This document shows positions 1 to 13,540 of a stretch of DNA of 64,000 nucleotides, one piece after another. The stretch's first letter is position 1; each line of letters starts with the position of its first letter. The DNA is from Heterodontus francisci (Eukaryota): contig NC_090388.1 of NCBI RefSeq assembly GCF_036365525.1, positions 22,072,587 through 22,136,586 on the forward strand, written 5' to 3'. The position numbers and the translations under genes are program-made. The notes below the pieces were generated by a model, which was given only the letters and a program-made list of their open reading frames with translations, was not told where the DNA came from and ran no database searches.

Positions 1-1130
1 GCTGCCAGGTATCACTGTTTCCCACTCCCTCACTTGGGAGTGCTCTTTGTTTTGTAAAAGACCAGAACAGCATCTCTTCCCTCACTGAGAAAATTCCCCG
101 AGTTACATACTCTATCACAGGAGTACCCCTCCCTCCCCCCCACCCCCTCCCCCTCCCCAATCAAGCTGGCCTTCATGCTACTTACTTGGTGCATGAGCGC
201 AAACCTCCTGTATTTATATGAAATCCCAAGACCTGAGTCAGCCCCTGCTGATCAGGTAACCAGTTCTAACTAGTCACCTAATTAACTAACTGTGCAGCTG
301 CCACTAGCAGGCAGCTTATTTATCACCGACTAAGAAACTACAAGTTAAGGTTAAAGTTAAATTACACACTAAATGCAAAACTTGACTGGATTTTAGAAAG
401 AGGTCAACCCTTAAAATTCTCTCGCTGACCAAATTCCCCGAGTTATGTTTTCTGTCATTGCAGTACTCCGTTGAGCTGGACTTCATGCTTCTTACTTCTA
501 CCGCTACTTTCTGGAATTCCAGGCCCCCCACCTCCAAAGAGCTGAGAAAATTCCAGGCCTTGTGTTCTCCTCTGTTTCTTGGAGATGCTCTTTATCACTA
601 TTTGTTTATCTGAGTCTTTTGCATTCCTTCTATCTCATCTTTGCATTAGTCAGTCCTTCTCTCTATTGTGTACCTTCTATTCTACATGTCGGGCATTTCA
701 GTCTGCATCAATTTCTGTATTTGTCCCAATCTCCTTTTCTGTCTTTTTTCCCTTGCATACAAGCTCATCACACATGTTCTTTACTCTTCTCTGAGACTTA
801 TTTATTAGTGTTTGAATGGTCAAGTCCCGTCTGGCATAGCAGAAATTCTGAGGTCAGGATCTCAGAAGGTTAGAGAGACCTGGCTGAGGAGAAGAAATAA
901 TCTGAACAGGCTATAAACTGAGTCAGCTGGGGAGAGGGATGATGTAGGTAAAGGCCTGGCCTCAAGGAGAAAGCAAATTTTAAAAGAGTAAGAGCATTAA
1001 AAATAATTTAAGGATATAAACTTAAAGTTATAGTGAAGTCCAAATAATTGAAAATATGGAAGTAGGATAAAAGGGTATGGGTAGAAAGTACAACTATAAA
1101 CATTGGCTGCCTCATCCATTCTTGTAGGGT

Positions 1131-1290
1131 TTAGATTAGATTAGATTAGATTAGAGATACAGCACTGAAACAGGCCCTTCGGCCCACCGAGTCTGTGCCG
1201 AACATCAACCACCCATTTATACTAATCCTGCACTAATCCCATATTCCTACCAAACATCCCCACCTGTCCCTATATTTCCCTACCACCACC
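1131..1290 (-). mobile_element. HE1-type V-SINE, 3' fragment
   Basis: Reverse complement of the tail of the full copy at 61630-61985, including the (TCTAA)n end. Confidence 0.85.
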
Positions 1291-1370
1291 TTGATTGTGG
1301 TTATCTGATTAGTATAGACCTACCAGGAACGCTGGAAAAACTTTACAATCGACAGTATTTCAGACACACA

Positions 1371-1990
1371 GGGCTGAATATTATGAGCCGCCCAATGTCA
1401 GGGGTCATGGTGGGGGTGTTCGGAAAATACTTCCAGGAGATGCCTGCCACAGGCCTCAACGCCGGGAAGGCCCTGTCGCATTTTACCGGCGGCGACAAGG
1501 CCTCGAGGCGGCCCCCCCCAACCACTTGGCGGCGGAGCCTTCATTTAAATATATTAATATATTTAAATACATGCCAAAGAACTTACCTTGTCCCGACAGC
1601 CGTCCCACGCTGATATTCCGGTGGGCATGATGGGAAGGGGTTGAGGATCAAATAGAATAAAGTTCGGAGGGGGGAAGGTCATGAGTGAAAACCTACTTTT
1701 TTTGGCATAATAGGGCAAATAATAAATGGCTTATTCATTTGGGGGTGGGCGTGGGAGAGGGGATTGGAAGTGTGAGTATAATTTTATTTTAATCTTTTGC
1801 CAAACCTGCCCCTTTAAACATTAAAATGACCTGTCACGGCTTGAAGCCCTTTAAAAATGACGCTGGCGACTGCACAGTGGCGCCTGATGCCGTTGCCAGG
1901 GAGGAAGCATCCGCCCCCTTCACGTCATCAGGGGTGGGTGGCCCGCCCCCTCCATGTTAATGAGCCGTGGCTCCATGGCATGTTTTGTGT
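1371..1990. mobile_element. GC-rich Harbinger-type MITE, partial
   Basis: Begins GGGCTGAATATTA, like the TIRs at 54521 and 19551; interior resembles 19551-20345. Confidence 0.55.
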
Positions 1991-2684
1991 GTGCACTGTG
2001 CACTTTTTGAAGCTCACCACCAAGAATGGCAGCAAGCTAATAAACTGCAGCCCACAGTCTTTCACAATGCAATTACATTTATTAACATCTTCAAACTTGA
2101 AAGAAAAGCAGGGCACATGCTAATTGTGTTTAGTTGGAACAATTGCACCTTCCTAAAAGTGACCACAAGGCAGGAAGAACCAATTCCCAGTTACATCACA
2201 GTTTTGAAGGCCTGTGCAAAAGATATCACAAATTGTCACTTTGTACCAAAAAGATTGAAGTACATTGAAAGATGTTTTTGAAATCAGAGTTGTAACTCAA
2301 TTCTTTCACCTCGTTTACTCTCATTAAACCTATCCAGGCAAATGCGGATAGTGGCTACAAATATTCAAAAGGCCTGGTAATGTGTTTAGAAAGCAACCAT
2401 GTGACTGGATGCACCACAATGACACAAAAACACTTCTTTACAGCTTATTTCATCATATTGCATTTGATAGATTCGTACTTCAGGAGCCTGCTATGGCCTA
2501 TGTATGCCATTTCTAATAGTCAACAACCCAGCCAGTAGATGGGATCAGTGGTGTCTGGTCTTAATGAGGAGGCTGTTTATGCGAAAATAGCCTCAGAAAG
2601 CAGCTACGATGGAGAGAGGAAACCTTCCTAATAATAACATGCGTATTATCACAGGAAACCATAAATATGAAGCCAAGAATGAAA

Positions 2685-2705
2685 ACACACACACACACAC
2701 ACACA
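2685..2705 (+). repeat. (AC)n microsatellite
   Basis: Direct inspection. Confidence 0.9.
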
Positions 2706-2875
2706 AATGGATAGCTTCTACAGGTTGATCTAAGCTTAATCCATTAAGTGCCAAACTACAGAAAAATTTCTTCGTTTTGGAGAGTGTTGCAACTAAGGAG
2801 TGATAACAAAAGAAGCCATGCAATTTAAAACTGCTCCACCCAGCTACAATGAACAGCTGAAAGAAATTTTCTTAC

Positions 2876-3054
2876 CTGCCAGAAGAGAACATGCAGTTTG
2901 GTTCATCACGTTGGGTGATTTCAAAACCATCTGGGTTCATGGATGGCATGATGTGAATCCGGGTATTATTTATTAGCCTTGTTATGGTGACATCTTTTCC
3001 ATACATTTTAACCAGATGTTCGATCAAATGGAGCAACATTTCTCTGCCCACCAC
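2876..3054 (-). CDS. CPM: Carboxypeptidase M-like, third coding exon
   Basis: Flanked by atacAG and AG|GTAAG. The 179 nt start in phase 0 and encode [59 protein letters not shown](R). [14 protein letters not shown] is typical of the N/E-subfamily carboxypeptidases. Later exons are not found in 1-2875. Confidence 0.93.
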
Positions 3055-3658
3055 CTGTATTAGATCACAACTTTGTTTTAATTCAACTTTGCCGGAGCAG
3101 ACACGATGAGCCAAGTGGCTTCTTTCTGTGCCGTAAACATCAAAATGCCTGACATTTTAATCACTGACGATTCTGGTTTACTTTCTGGTATGCGTACATT
3201 TCAGTACGTATGCAAGTAACTAGCTCCAGTTATTTTTCAACTCAACATATAGACATTAAAAATGGAAGATTTTTTTAAAACTAAGAATTCTAAGGTTTCT
3301 AGAAGAAAATCAGGATTTTTTTTTAAATCAGAATGTTCGACAACACAAACTAGCCACGAGGGCAACAATAAATTCTACCATCACACAAAAGGAAGGAGCA
3401 ATGATGACAATTACAAGAAGGAGAATTAACTGAATGAGGTTGAAGAGGATGTGGTCAACATCCTGTCCATGTTCCTCTATCACAGCCGTCTCAATCTCAC
3501 CGCCATGTTACTTCTTTCTTTTTTAACTCCAATGCACCATCAAATATTTTTACTTGGGAGGAATTACAGTGTTAGTAAGATTGTGGCACTGGGTGATTCA
3601 ACAAGCATGAAATATAGAAACAGGAGGAAGTCATTTAGCCCCTCAAGCCTGTTCTGCC

Positions 3659-6000
3659 CAGGGATAGGCAATTACATGTTGCACCATGGACATTTGACAA
3701 AAGTATTGACTCAGCCATGGACATGGGGGCAGTTAATCTGTACATAAAGTGTACAGCCAATCTAATGCCATCAAAACACAGTCCGATTTAAAACACATTT
3801 CTCCCTATAAATAAAGTAGCTAAGCAATCAAACATCAATGGAGAGCAGCACAGCTATATCAGCTAGCTAGCAAGAAAATAGTATGCAATGCCAATGCAAA
3901 TTACTTTTGTTGGTAGAATAGAATGTCAGGGATGATAGATGGACCTTATTGGATGACCTCTGTGAATTCAAAATGTGTCAGGACTGCAAATTAATCAAAT
4001 AAACCATAAAACTCAAGGAGAGGATTGCTATTGTTGTTATTAAGGTGAGGCAGAAGAAAAATCAGCAATAGGAAGATGGACCATTCCTCATACTGCTGTT
4101 GTCAGATGACAATTTAATTCGTGGTTAATCTTTGAGCAACTTCTCCACCTGCTTCTAATATGTATCTGAAGACAGGGCAGCCAACAAAAGGTCTGTGATC
4201 TCCAAATAAGGAGCATTTTATAGGATGGAGCTGATAGTACCTCAGAAGAGTCATGTAAAACAAAAAAAGAGTGGGACAGGAAGGGACAGAGAAATTAATG
4301 GTAGAAAACCAAGACTAGTTTATTCATCTTGACAGGCTGTTAAACTAGATGCTGGATTCTAAAATACAGGAACAACAGACTCTCCCATGGACAAAATGTC
4401 ATTTGCTGACCAAAGCTGGTGACAAAATTAGATAAACACAATTACAAATAAGGAGTGCCCTTCAGTTCTTCCAATAAAGCAATTCTCTTAAATTCACTTC
4501 TGTCTATATCTCAGTCTATCACTGTTGATTCCGATTCAGTTCTGACAAGATAATTACTAGCAAAATCTTGAGTGGTTGTTGCTGCATATAATATTCAGTT
4601 ATAAAATATTTGGTCACTATCTGTAAGTTTGTACTCCAGACTAACCAATTTATGTCCAAGCCAAATATCTTACCTATTAGCAAAGGTGCACTTTTAACAT
4701 ATTGTAATTATATGACTCAGACAACATTCAAATTACATTAGCCACTCAGGTTATCTGTTCAAACTGGATAGTAAATGATACATATTACAGTTACTGATCT
4801 TTGACATACTTGTAAAATTTGTACTCTAATCCAATTTGCAGCAAACAAAATTCAGTTAATGACTGTTTCTAACACGGTCATTGAAACATAATAAATGTTT
4901 ACTATCTCTTCCCTGAACATTTTAAAACTACAAATGCAGCATGGATTTTGTTAAGGAATCATAGCCAGTTCATCATAGATATGGTTTATTAAAGCTATCC
5001 ATTGCATTGTGTTTACTAACTATTGTATATTGGTCAGCAGCATCCTGTTTTCACCAATATCATTCAACCCCAATATGCCGTAATCTTGTATTCATGAGGA
5101 ACATAGAGTGCTGCTTTCTGGAGATTTCTTGGATTTTCCTGCCTATTTCCCCCTTAATACAAGTTCTGGAACAATGTGATTCCAAATGGATAGCAGCAGA
5201 ATTGTGACATTTATATAAAGAAATAAAAGTCCAGTAACCTTCAGCAAATCACTGAGTTTGTGTCTGAAGTGAAAGTAATGCGTGCCAGAGGGTAGAAATT
5301 GAGACATTCCCTAAGTGACTTTTGCCATTTTTAAATGAGTTACATTACACAAGCCTTTAAACATGTGTTTTAAACTAACATAACTGCTGAGTTATTTTAA
5401 AACACATGGTTAAAGGCTTGGAGCAGTGGTGTCCAAACTTTTTGTGTGGGGGGCCACATTATAATTTTTGTCATACATAAGGGGTCGGTGAGACAATTTT
5501 GGAAAGATAAAGGCATTAAAATGTTATCTTACTATTAATCAAAACAACAACAAATGTGCATTTTTGATGAAGAACCTTTAAATGAGAAGGCTGATTTATT
5601 GACTTACTTTCTCGTCACTATGTTGGACACTGATTTAGTGAGATACTTAGCATGTTTTTTGCTTGCACAAGTAGTCAATGTCTGCCTGCACACTTGTATG
5701 GCAATGCAGAGTATTCTGGATAGATGTTCATCTGTCAAGAGTGATCTTGATTGCTTTCTCTCCCTCTTCTCTCTGTGTCTGTCTGTCTCTCGTTCTGTGT
5801 GTATCTCTCTCTCTCTTTCCCTCTTTGTGTTCCCTCCCTCTCTGTGTTGTCCCCCCCTCTGTGATGCTCCCTCCTCTCTGTGTTGCTGCCCCCCGCATGT
5901 TGTCCTCCCTCTGTGTTTCTTCCCTCCCATGTCATCCCCCCCCCTCTGTATTGTCCTCTCTTCTGTGTCATCCCCACACTCTCTGCCCCCCTTTCTCTCC
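3659..6000 (+). mobile_element. hAT-type non-autonomous element, copy 1 (right end lost)
   Basis: Starts CAGGGATAGGCA and is colinear with 24786-27200 over about 2.2 kb. Confidence 0.8.
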
Positions 6001-6007
6001 ACCCTGC

Positions 6008-6535
6008 ATTGAACTTCATCTGCCACCTGTCTGCCCATTCCACCAACTTGTCCATGTCCTTTTGAAGTTCTATACTATCCTCCTCACAGTTCACAATGCT
6101 TCCAAGTTTCATATCATCTGCAAAATTTGTGCCCTGCGCACCAAGGTCTAGGTCATTAATAGATATCAAGAAAAGCTAGGGTCCCAACACTGATCCCTGG
6201 GGAACTCCACTACAAACCTTCCTCCAGCCCAAAAAACATCCGTTAACCACTACTCTTTGTTTCCTGTCACTCAGCCAATTTTGTGTCCATGTTGCTACCG
6301 TCCCTTTTATTCATGAGCTACAAGTTGGTTCATAAGTCTGTTGTGTGGCACTGTATCAAATGCCTTTTGAAAGTCCATGCACATGACATCAATAGCATTG
6401 CCCTCATTAACCCTCTCTGTTACCTCCTCAGAAAACTCCAGCAAGTTAGTTAAACATGATTTTCCCTTAAGAAATCCATACTGGCTATCCTTAATTAACT
6501 CGCATTTGTCCATGTGACTATTGATTTTGTCCCGA
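6008..6535 (-). mobile_element. CR1 LINE RT fragments
   Basis: DSQYGFLKGKSCLTNLLEF..MDFQKAFDTVPH and NFADDMKLG..WADRWQMKFN motifs. Confidence 0.9.
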
Positions 6536-8318
6536 TCTGGACCAAACTTTCGATTAACTTCCCCTCCCCAATCTCGTCCATTGCCTCAGTGTTCATTTTC
6601 CTCATTGCTCTGTGAAACAATTTGAAACATTTTCCTACATTTTCTGAAGGTGCTATATAAATGGCAGTTGTTTTAAAAATTATTATTGTTGGTATACTGT
6701 GTTTAGTTTTCACTTTTTATGATTATAAATGTTTTGATGGCCTACCTATTATTTTACATCTTAATACTAATGTAATGTAGGAGGTAGCACATAGATAATA
6801 TACTTTTGAAGATGCTCTTGTTTTTTACATTTGGATTCTGGGTCTACTGAAATTGTTCAGACAGGTGTTCATAATTTCAAACTAAAGATATGTTTGCTGT
6901 CCAATGTTCTATGTAAAATAAAACAAAAACAGCTAATTCAATATTTGCAGTCTAATTTTAGTTTTTAAATCATAATGGGCAGATGCTGAGTAAAATGGAA
7001 AAACTGTTTCCTGATAACTCATTCTTATTCCTCAACAGCTGCAACAATTGCAGGCTATAATTAGATCAAATAAGTGTGGTCATTTTATTTGACTCGTGTT
7101 TTGGGGTGTAGCCTTAATTAAACAGAAGTGTAGTGAATATTTCGTGTTTTTTTGCTTTAAGACAAATGGAATTGTATAGGATGACAAGAGAGAAGCTCAG
7201 GCAGCCAACCTGGAAAGGAGTAAAATAGGCTTGGTTACTGTCCTAAATCTAATTAAATAGACTTTGAACATTTATTTTTATAATAATGTGGTAGATAGAA
7301 ACATGGGTCATAGAAATTTAAAAAGAAAGCCAGATGCTCCTTTTTATTATTGACAACAGTACTTCTATGATACAAAATTAAACACATTAAGTGCCAATTG
7401 GGGCCAATTAAAGGAGGCCGACTGGGATTTTCCAGTCAGCTTCCAGGTTCCTGCAGGTGGCAGGGACAAGATTAGGTGCATAGAAGCCTTCCCTTCCTGT
7501 CTGGAAGCAGGAGCAGCCCCCTGTAGAAAGGATCCACCTCCTCTGCATCTCCAAGTTGCAATTAAACTCGGTTCCTTCACTACTTCAAAGGCACCTAACA
7601 GGGACAAGAATGATGTTAATGTGTTCATGCAGCAACTATATGGCATTACCCGTCTTAACTTCCACTAAGAGTGGTGCAGCACGACTGCATTAAGATTAAG
7701 CAGTTGCATCGATTGGCTCATCAGCTGTGCTACCTTTAACCGCCTACCATTTGTGTCCCCCATCCCACACAAAGAATTCCTGGAGTGCCATTGTTCCTTC
7801 ACTCCCACAAACATGCAAGGGCGCAGAGTGGCCCCCTTTACAGAGGGAGGCTACGCAGTGACTCCGCACATGAATGCAGAGTTGTGTCCCTGGTAATACC
7901 ATCTCCCTCCCACCTCCCTAGACCAATGCAGCGTTGAGACCCATCTCGCCACACTAACCTTCACAGCGTCGGAGCACTGCAACCTCTGTCTCCACCGGCT
8001 TTTATCAGTTGGGAACGGGAAGGCAGGCGAGAGATGCCCGTTCAGCTAAATATTCGGAAGTGTGTGAAAATTTGCAGTGGGATGCATAATGCAGCAAGGT
8101 AAGTATCTCTTTGCATATTCAAATTGGCCTCCCGTCGCCGAGCCAGCGGTGGGGCCGCCACGAGGCCTATCCGCTGCCAGCAATATGGGGCCGGGCCTTC
8201 CTGGTGTCGCGGTCCATGGCAGGCTTCTCTCGGAGGCATTTTCCGGCCCCCCTTCCGGCCACGAAATCCAACATTGTTGGGGGGGTGGGTGGGGGAACGG
8301 GCCTGTAAAATTCTGCCC

Positions 8319-9915
8319 ATGGACAGGCTAAGTGAGTGGGCAACAAGGTGCCAGACGGATTATAATGTGGGGAAGTGTGAAGTTATTCACGTTGGTAGCA
8401 AGAAATGAAAAGCAGAATTTTTTTTAAATGGCATGAAACTTGTAAATATTAAATGTTCAGAGGCAGCTGGGTGTACTTGTACAAGGAAGACAGAAAGTTA
8501 GAGTGCAGCTACAGCATGCAATTAGGAAGGCAAATGGCACATTGGCTTTTATTACGAGTGGATTGGCGTACAAGAGTAACGAGGTCTTGCTACAATTGTA
8601 CAGGGTTTTGGTGAGACCACACCTAGAGTACTGTGCACAGTTTTGGTCTCCATATTTAAGGAAGGATATACTTGCATTGGAGGTGGTACAGCGAACGTTC
8701 ACTAGATTGGTCCCTGGGATGAGAGGGTTGCCCTATGATGAGAGGCTGAGTAAATTGGGCCTATATTCTCTGGAGTTTAGAAGAATGAGAAGTGATCTCT
8801 ATGAAACGTACAAGATTCTGAAGGGGCTTGACAGGGCATACTCAGAGGTTGTTTCCCCTGGCTGGGGAATCTAGAACATGGGGACACAGTCGCAGGATAA
8901 AGGACCGTTCATTTAGGACTGAGATCAAGGCTAGAATTTTACAGCTACCCACCCCCCCAAAGAGCATGAAGTTGCCGGTGTGTGGGGGTGCGTAAAATGG
9001 AGCAGGAGGCTCAGGGGGCCCTTCCCGATCTGCTCTCGCCTCCACCGCCACTTTATGCCGGGCGGCAGTGGCAGTGAATAATGGGCCACCCACCACAGGC
9101 CAATCAAGGCTCTTAAGTGGCCAGTTAATGCCCCGTAAGGGCCTCCGCCCACTGCCACGGGGATTTTACCCATGGCTGGTCGGGCAGCCCAGGCCCGAGA
9201 GAAGCTGCCTGACAAAAGCAGGCAGCTTTCTGACAGCCGGTGGGGGTGGGGATGGGGGGGGGGGGGCGCTCTCATGATCAAGCACCCTGTGCCCGACAGA
9301 GGGCCGCCCCCACTGCCCCAACCCCCCACCAACACCCAACACCCCCCCCCCCCCAGTCGACCACCCTTGCCTCGCCAGGGCGTGACCAATCACCACAGGC
9401 GAGGCCCCAAAAAATATTTACCTTCGCTCCAGGGCTCCCCGACATCTTCCTTCCGATGGCGGAGTGCAGTCCCAGCAGTGGCCACCGCTCCAGGTGGCGC
9501 TGAGACAGGACTTCCTGCCTCAATGAGGTGGAAATCCCGCCTCAAACCAATTAAAGGCCTGGGGACAGCAAAATGCAGATCAGATCCCCAGGCCAGGCAG
9601 AGGTAGGTTCGCCATCGACTTTTCAGTCGGTGGAAGGCTCCCGGCTGCCGAGGGTAAAATTCCAGCCCAGAAGATATTTCTTCATTCAAAGGCCTCTGAA
9701 TCTTTGGAATTCTCTACCCCAGAGGGTTGTGGATTTACATTGTTGAATATATTTAAGGCTGAGATAGACAGATTTTTGGTCTTTCAGAGAATCAAGGGAT
9801 ATAGGGAGTGGGCGGGAAAGTGATGTTGAATCCTAATCGGTCATGATTGTATTTAAAGGCAGAGCAGGCACGATGGGCCTTATGGTCTCCTCCTGCTCCT
9901 ATTTCTTATGTTCTT
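8319..9915 (+). mobile_element. CR1 LINE 3' end interrupted by a MITE
   Basis: [21 protein letters not shown] motif; CR1 sequence resumes after 9668 and ends in a TCTTATGTTCTTA tail. Confidence 0.9.
8928..9668. mobile_element. Harbinger-type GC-rich MITE
   Basis: TIRs AGGCTAGAATTTTAC ... GTAAAATTCCAGCCC; similar to 54521-55189. Confidence 0.8.
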
Positions 9916-9919
9916 AGGC

Positions 9920-10212
9920 TTACCATGTAGAAGTACAAGAGCAGCAGGCGCATGGGAACACCACCAACTCCAAGGACCCTCCAAGTCACACACCATCCTG
10001 ACTTGGAAATATATCGCCATTCATCTATCACCACTGGGGCAAGATCCTGGAACTCCCTCCCTAACAGCATTCTAGGAATATTTTCAGCACGAAGACTGCA
10101 GCGCTTCAAGAAAGCTGCTCACTGCCAACTTCTAAAGGGCAATTAGGGATGGGCAATAAATGCTGGCCTAGCCAGCGATGCCTACATCCCATGAATAAAT
10201 AAAATAAATAAA
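9920..10212 (+). mobile_element. CR1/L2-group LINE 3' end (second family)
   Basis: GARSWNSLPN..FKKAAH C-terminus; tail GGGATGGGCAATAAATGCTGGCC shared with 32530 and 32790. Confidence 0.75.
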
Positions 10213-10659
10213 GTTTATATGAACAAGATTAGAAGAAAGTTTTGTAAACTTGAAGATAAGGCTCTAACTTTGAATATTATTGTTTGATACGTAGATAATA
10301 GAGTTAGTTCAATACTGTATCACATTATGTAGAAAAATAATACTTGAAAAAACAGTAGTCCAGGACTGGAGTATTTTTCGTGATAGTTACCAATGCATCC
10401 TAAATGCAAGTGTTTAGACAAGCACAGTAACATGACAGCATGATTGCAGAAATAGCTAAAATAAAGCTAATATTTATCTTACTAATACATATCACACAGA
10501 TATAAAAGCTGTAAGATTATTTGCATATCACTTTACAAAACTTTATCAATATATAGTTGGCTTTTTGTTGTTACCTCTGCAAAACCTCTTCTTCCCAGTT
10601 ACTTACATTACAAATATTTTTCTCTGCCTCTCATGGGGGAGTTGTTTAAAATACAGGGG

Positions 10660-12180
10660 GGCGGTCTAAATTTGATAGCCCCCAAATACGGGCATGGGGA
10701 TCGCGATGCATGGTTAACCCAAGCACATTGATTGAAATGCAGGAAAAATGTCAACTTTGTATTGCCTGCTAACTTCAATGATTTCAGCATCTAGCCAGTG
10801 CTAACCATGCTGGTGATTGGCTGGATGCATCAGCAGGGAGCCAATATTGTGACTGACTCGCACTGTTTAAAGTTAGCCTGCACCTCAAAGGGGAGATGCC
10901 TTGTGGCTGGATCAATGCTGGCAGCTGTCTAGAAACTCAATCTAACTTGGCAAACAGTAAAGAATGGCACAGCAAGGGAGAGAATGGGCTTCAAGATTTT
11001 CATAGACTCCAAGGCTGCACTGGAGGAGGTGCAAATGAGGAGAAATGTCCTCTACCCACAGCGAGCCAGAAGGCCCTCCAGACATAAACTCAGAGGCAAT
11101 GGGTGCAGATTGCCATGGAGGTTTCTGCCAAGAACCAAGCCCCGGGTTGTGGATGCAGTGCCGCAAGAAGTTTGAGGGATCAAGATCAGTGAATGTATCT
11201 TCAAATGCTATATCCTACCAACTCCACCAGTGGTCTCATCCACTGCTCAATTCATGACACCATCATCACTCACCAATCAACAATCTCTACCATTCAGGAC
11301 ACATATCTAGCATTCATATGCTCCACAGCACCCTCACACACTTAGCACTGCTGCAAGCCTCATACCAACAGCTCACAGCTTGCACACATTGTCAGCTACT
11401 TACCATGATAGCCGCATCAACCAAACAGATGGCACACAACTAGAGGCAGCAGGAGCTAACCACAGGAGGACAGGGATTCCTGCATGGATGGACCCCCATG
11501 GAGGAGACAGTGCTGGCCATTATTGGGATGGCCATTGCTGAGGCCATAGCCAGTAGCAGGGCTGAAACTATTGAAGATGACAGTATCCACATGCCCAATC
11601 CTCCTTCTCACGTTCCATCTCCCCCTCATCCCACAAGTAAGTACCTCTTGCATTCCCTACTCCCCTGCACCACAACCTTATTCTTGTGCCTTTCTCCTTT
11701 CCAATACCAAAGAAGTGCAAGTTGACCAGGCAGCAGAGGAACAGCAAGAAGACAGTGATGCTGAAGTCGTACTGTCACCCAATTGCACACTCGCAGCCAC
11801 CAGCTCAGATACTGACACTGCACATAATTTAGAGGATAGCACAGAGACGTGGAATCTGCATGTGGTTAAAACACTGGGAACAAGTGGCCTTCAGCCAGAG
11901 AAGGGGATGAGGATAGCATGCCTGCCAGCTTGTCAGAAGGCAAGGGCACACACGGGTTCTTCTGAAGAGGACTCAGATGATCATTTTGATGGGACAACCT
12001 ACAGAAGAATGCTGGTGGACATGCACACAGAGATGCATTTCGAAGTCTGCCAGAAAGCCTGTGGTCAATGTCAAGGAGCATGGAGGACTCCAGCACCAAC
12101 TTGGCACTGAGCTTTGAGCAGAACGTGGAGATCATCCTCTCCAACATGGAAGTGGTGGCCAACTCCATTCACACAGAAAA
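10660..12180 (+). pseudogene. Decayed Harbinger-associated Myb/SANT-like gene
   Basis: Fragments LEEVQMRRNVLYP..WVQIAMEVS..WMQCRKKF followed by acidic low-complexity segments, parallel to 22900-24250. Confidence 0.7.
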
Positions 12181-12819
12181 TGGGCATAAATGATCCCAAT
12201 TTCTTGTCCATCAGGTTTATTTATAAATGGGGAAACCTCTTGCAACTATTTACATCAACGAACCAATTTTATGAGCTAAGTTTGGTGATTGTAAATATGA
12301 TCTATAAACATATACACAAACTTTCACTTGGGCACAGGGGAAAAATAGTTAAGAAATATTTCAAACAGTTTGATTGGCCAGATTTATGATATATCCTGGT
12401 TTGTGAATGACTTCTTTGAAAGAACAAAGAGGCATTTGATTTTCCATTTTCTGCTGCCTTCTCATTCCTCATTGATTAGAAGTGAATGTATCAAAAAGTG
12501 CCAATCAGCTTAGATTGTTAACAGGTAGTTATTGTTTAAAAAAATCATTCTCAGGGTAAGGGAGCACTGGCACTTAGATATGTAATTAGATGTTGGGCAG
12601 TAAAGTATACTCCTGAATGTAAGATGTTTGGTCCACTTACAGAAGTGACTAGTACTGCTGTAGTCAAGAGAAAGTAAGCTCAAAATTTGTAAGAGGGAGG
12701 AAATCAATCCCGGAAACGCAGCTATTTTTAGACAGAATTAATATATGGTCTTATTTCCCACTTAGAACAGAAGAATTATTTTCAGAAGTCAGCTAACAGA
12801 GTTCCACTTTAAATTTGCA

Positions 12820-13540
12820 TCCGGCTGGATTTTGCAGTCAGCAGCAAACAAACACTGTCAGCTGTTCATTATATTTGCACTTGCCCATATACTATTTATT
12901 GGCTTTTGTACTGGAGGTTCCTGTCAGCCAACTATCAAAAAAGCACAGCACTCTCCGCAGAGTATCTGAGACCTGTGTAAAAAGGACAAGACAACTATGT
13001 ATCTCTTTAATCAATCAGATTGAAGAATCATTAATGAGTAGAATTTGAACCACAAAGTGCCAGTTAGATTAGTTAATTCAATGTCAAATCAAGTACAGAA
13101 AGTGAAATAGAGAGAAAGGAGATGGAAAGAAAAAATAAAGGCATTGTAATATATTTTTAAATTTCTAACATTAATTAAAATCTGAAGGAATGAGACTCCA
13201 TACTTATAAAAGTTAACTTCCAGGGAAGTTTGGCAGTAATTATGACTTATCACGACATTAAAAGGGTATTTATACTGAAATGGACAAGTTTTTCTGGCAA
13301 GCTTAGCTGGTAAATGTCAGGTAAGCACAGAAACTTCACGCCATTCATTGTATTTGAATGATGAGTTTCTCAGCTAGATACCATTATTGAGCAGTTTCTG
13401 GAGCAGCAGAGCATCTCAAATAGCAACCTCCCGATTTCCATGTTTAACTAGGCATGTGTGGTCACTGGAAGTTACTATCTGATTTCCATGTTAATAACGG
13501 TGAGTGCTGTTAGCCTCACTGTTATTTCATGATCCGGCCC
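12820..13540. mobile_element. Old Harbinger-type MITE-like repeat
   Basis: Starts GGCTGGATTTTGCAGTC and ends ATCCGGCCC; a similar start GGCCTGGATTTTGCAGTC occurs at about 13997. Confidence 0.45.

Noticed and set aside
2872-3114. Stand-alone 80-aa ORF
   Set aside because: Only 2876-3054 is exon; the N-terminal 20 residues are intron read-through.
3659-6000. Possible segmental duplication with 24786-27200
   Set aside because: Similarity starts exactly at a TIR and one copy has an 8-bp TSD, so this is transposition.
5554-6169. Several 140-157 aa Cys/Pro/Ser- or Arg/Glu-rich ORFs (also at 26917-27357)
   Set aside because: They arise from CT/GA low-complexity tracts inside a transposon.
8931-9606. 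Overlapping Gly/Pro-rich ORFs (also at 44223-44749 and 54578-55072)
   Set aside because: Stop-poor GC-rich MITE sequence with no protein motifs.
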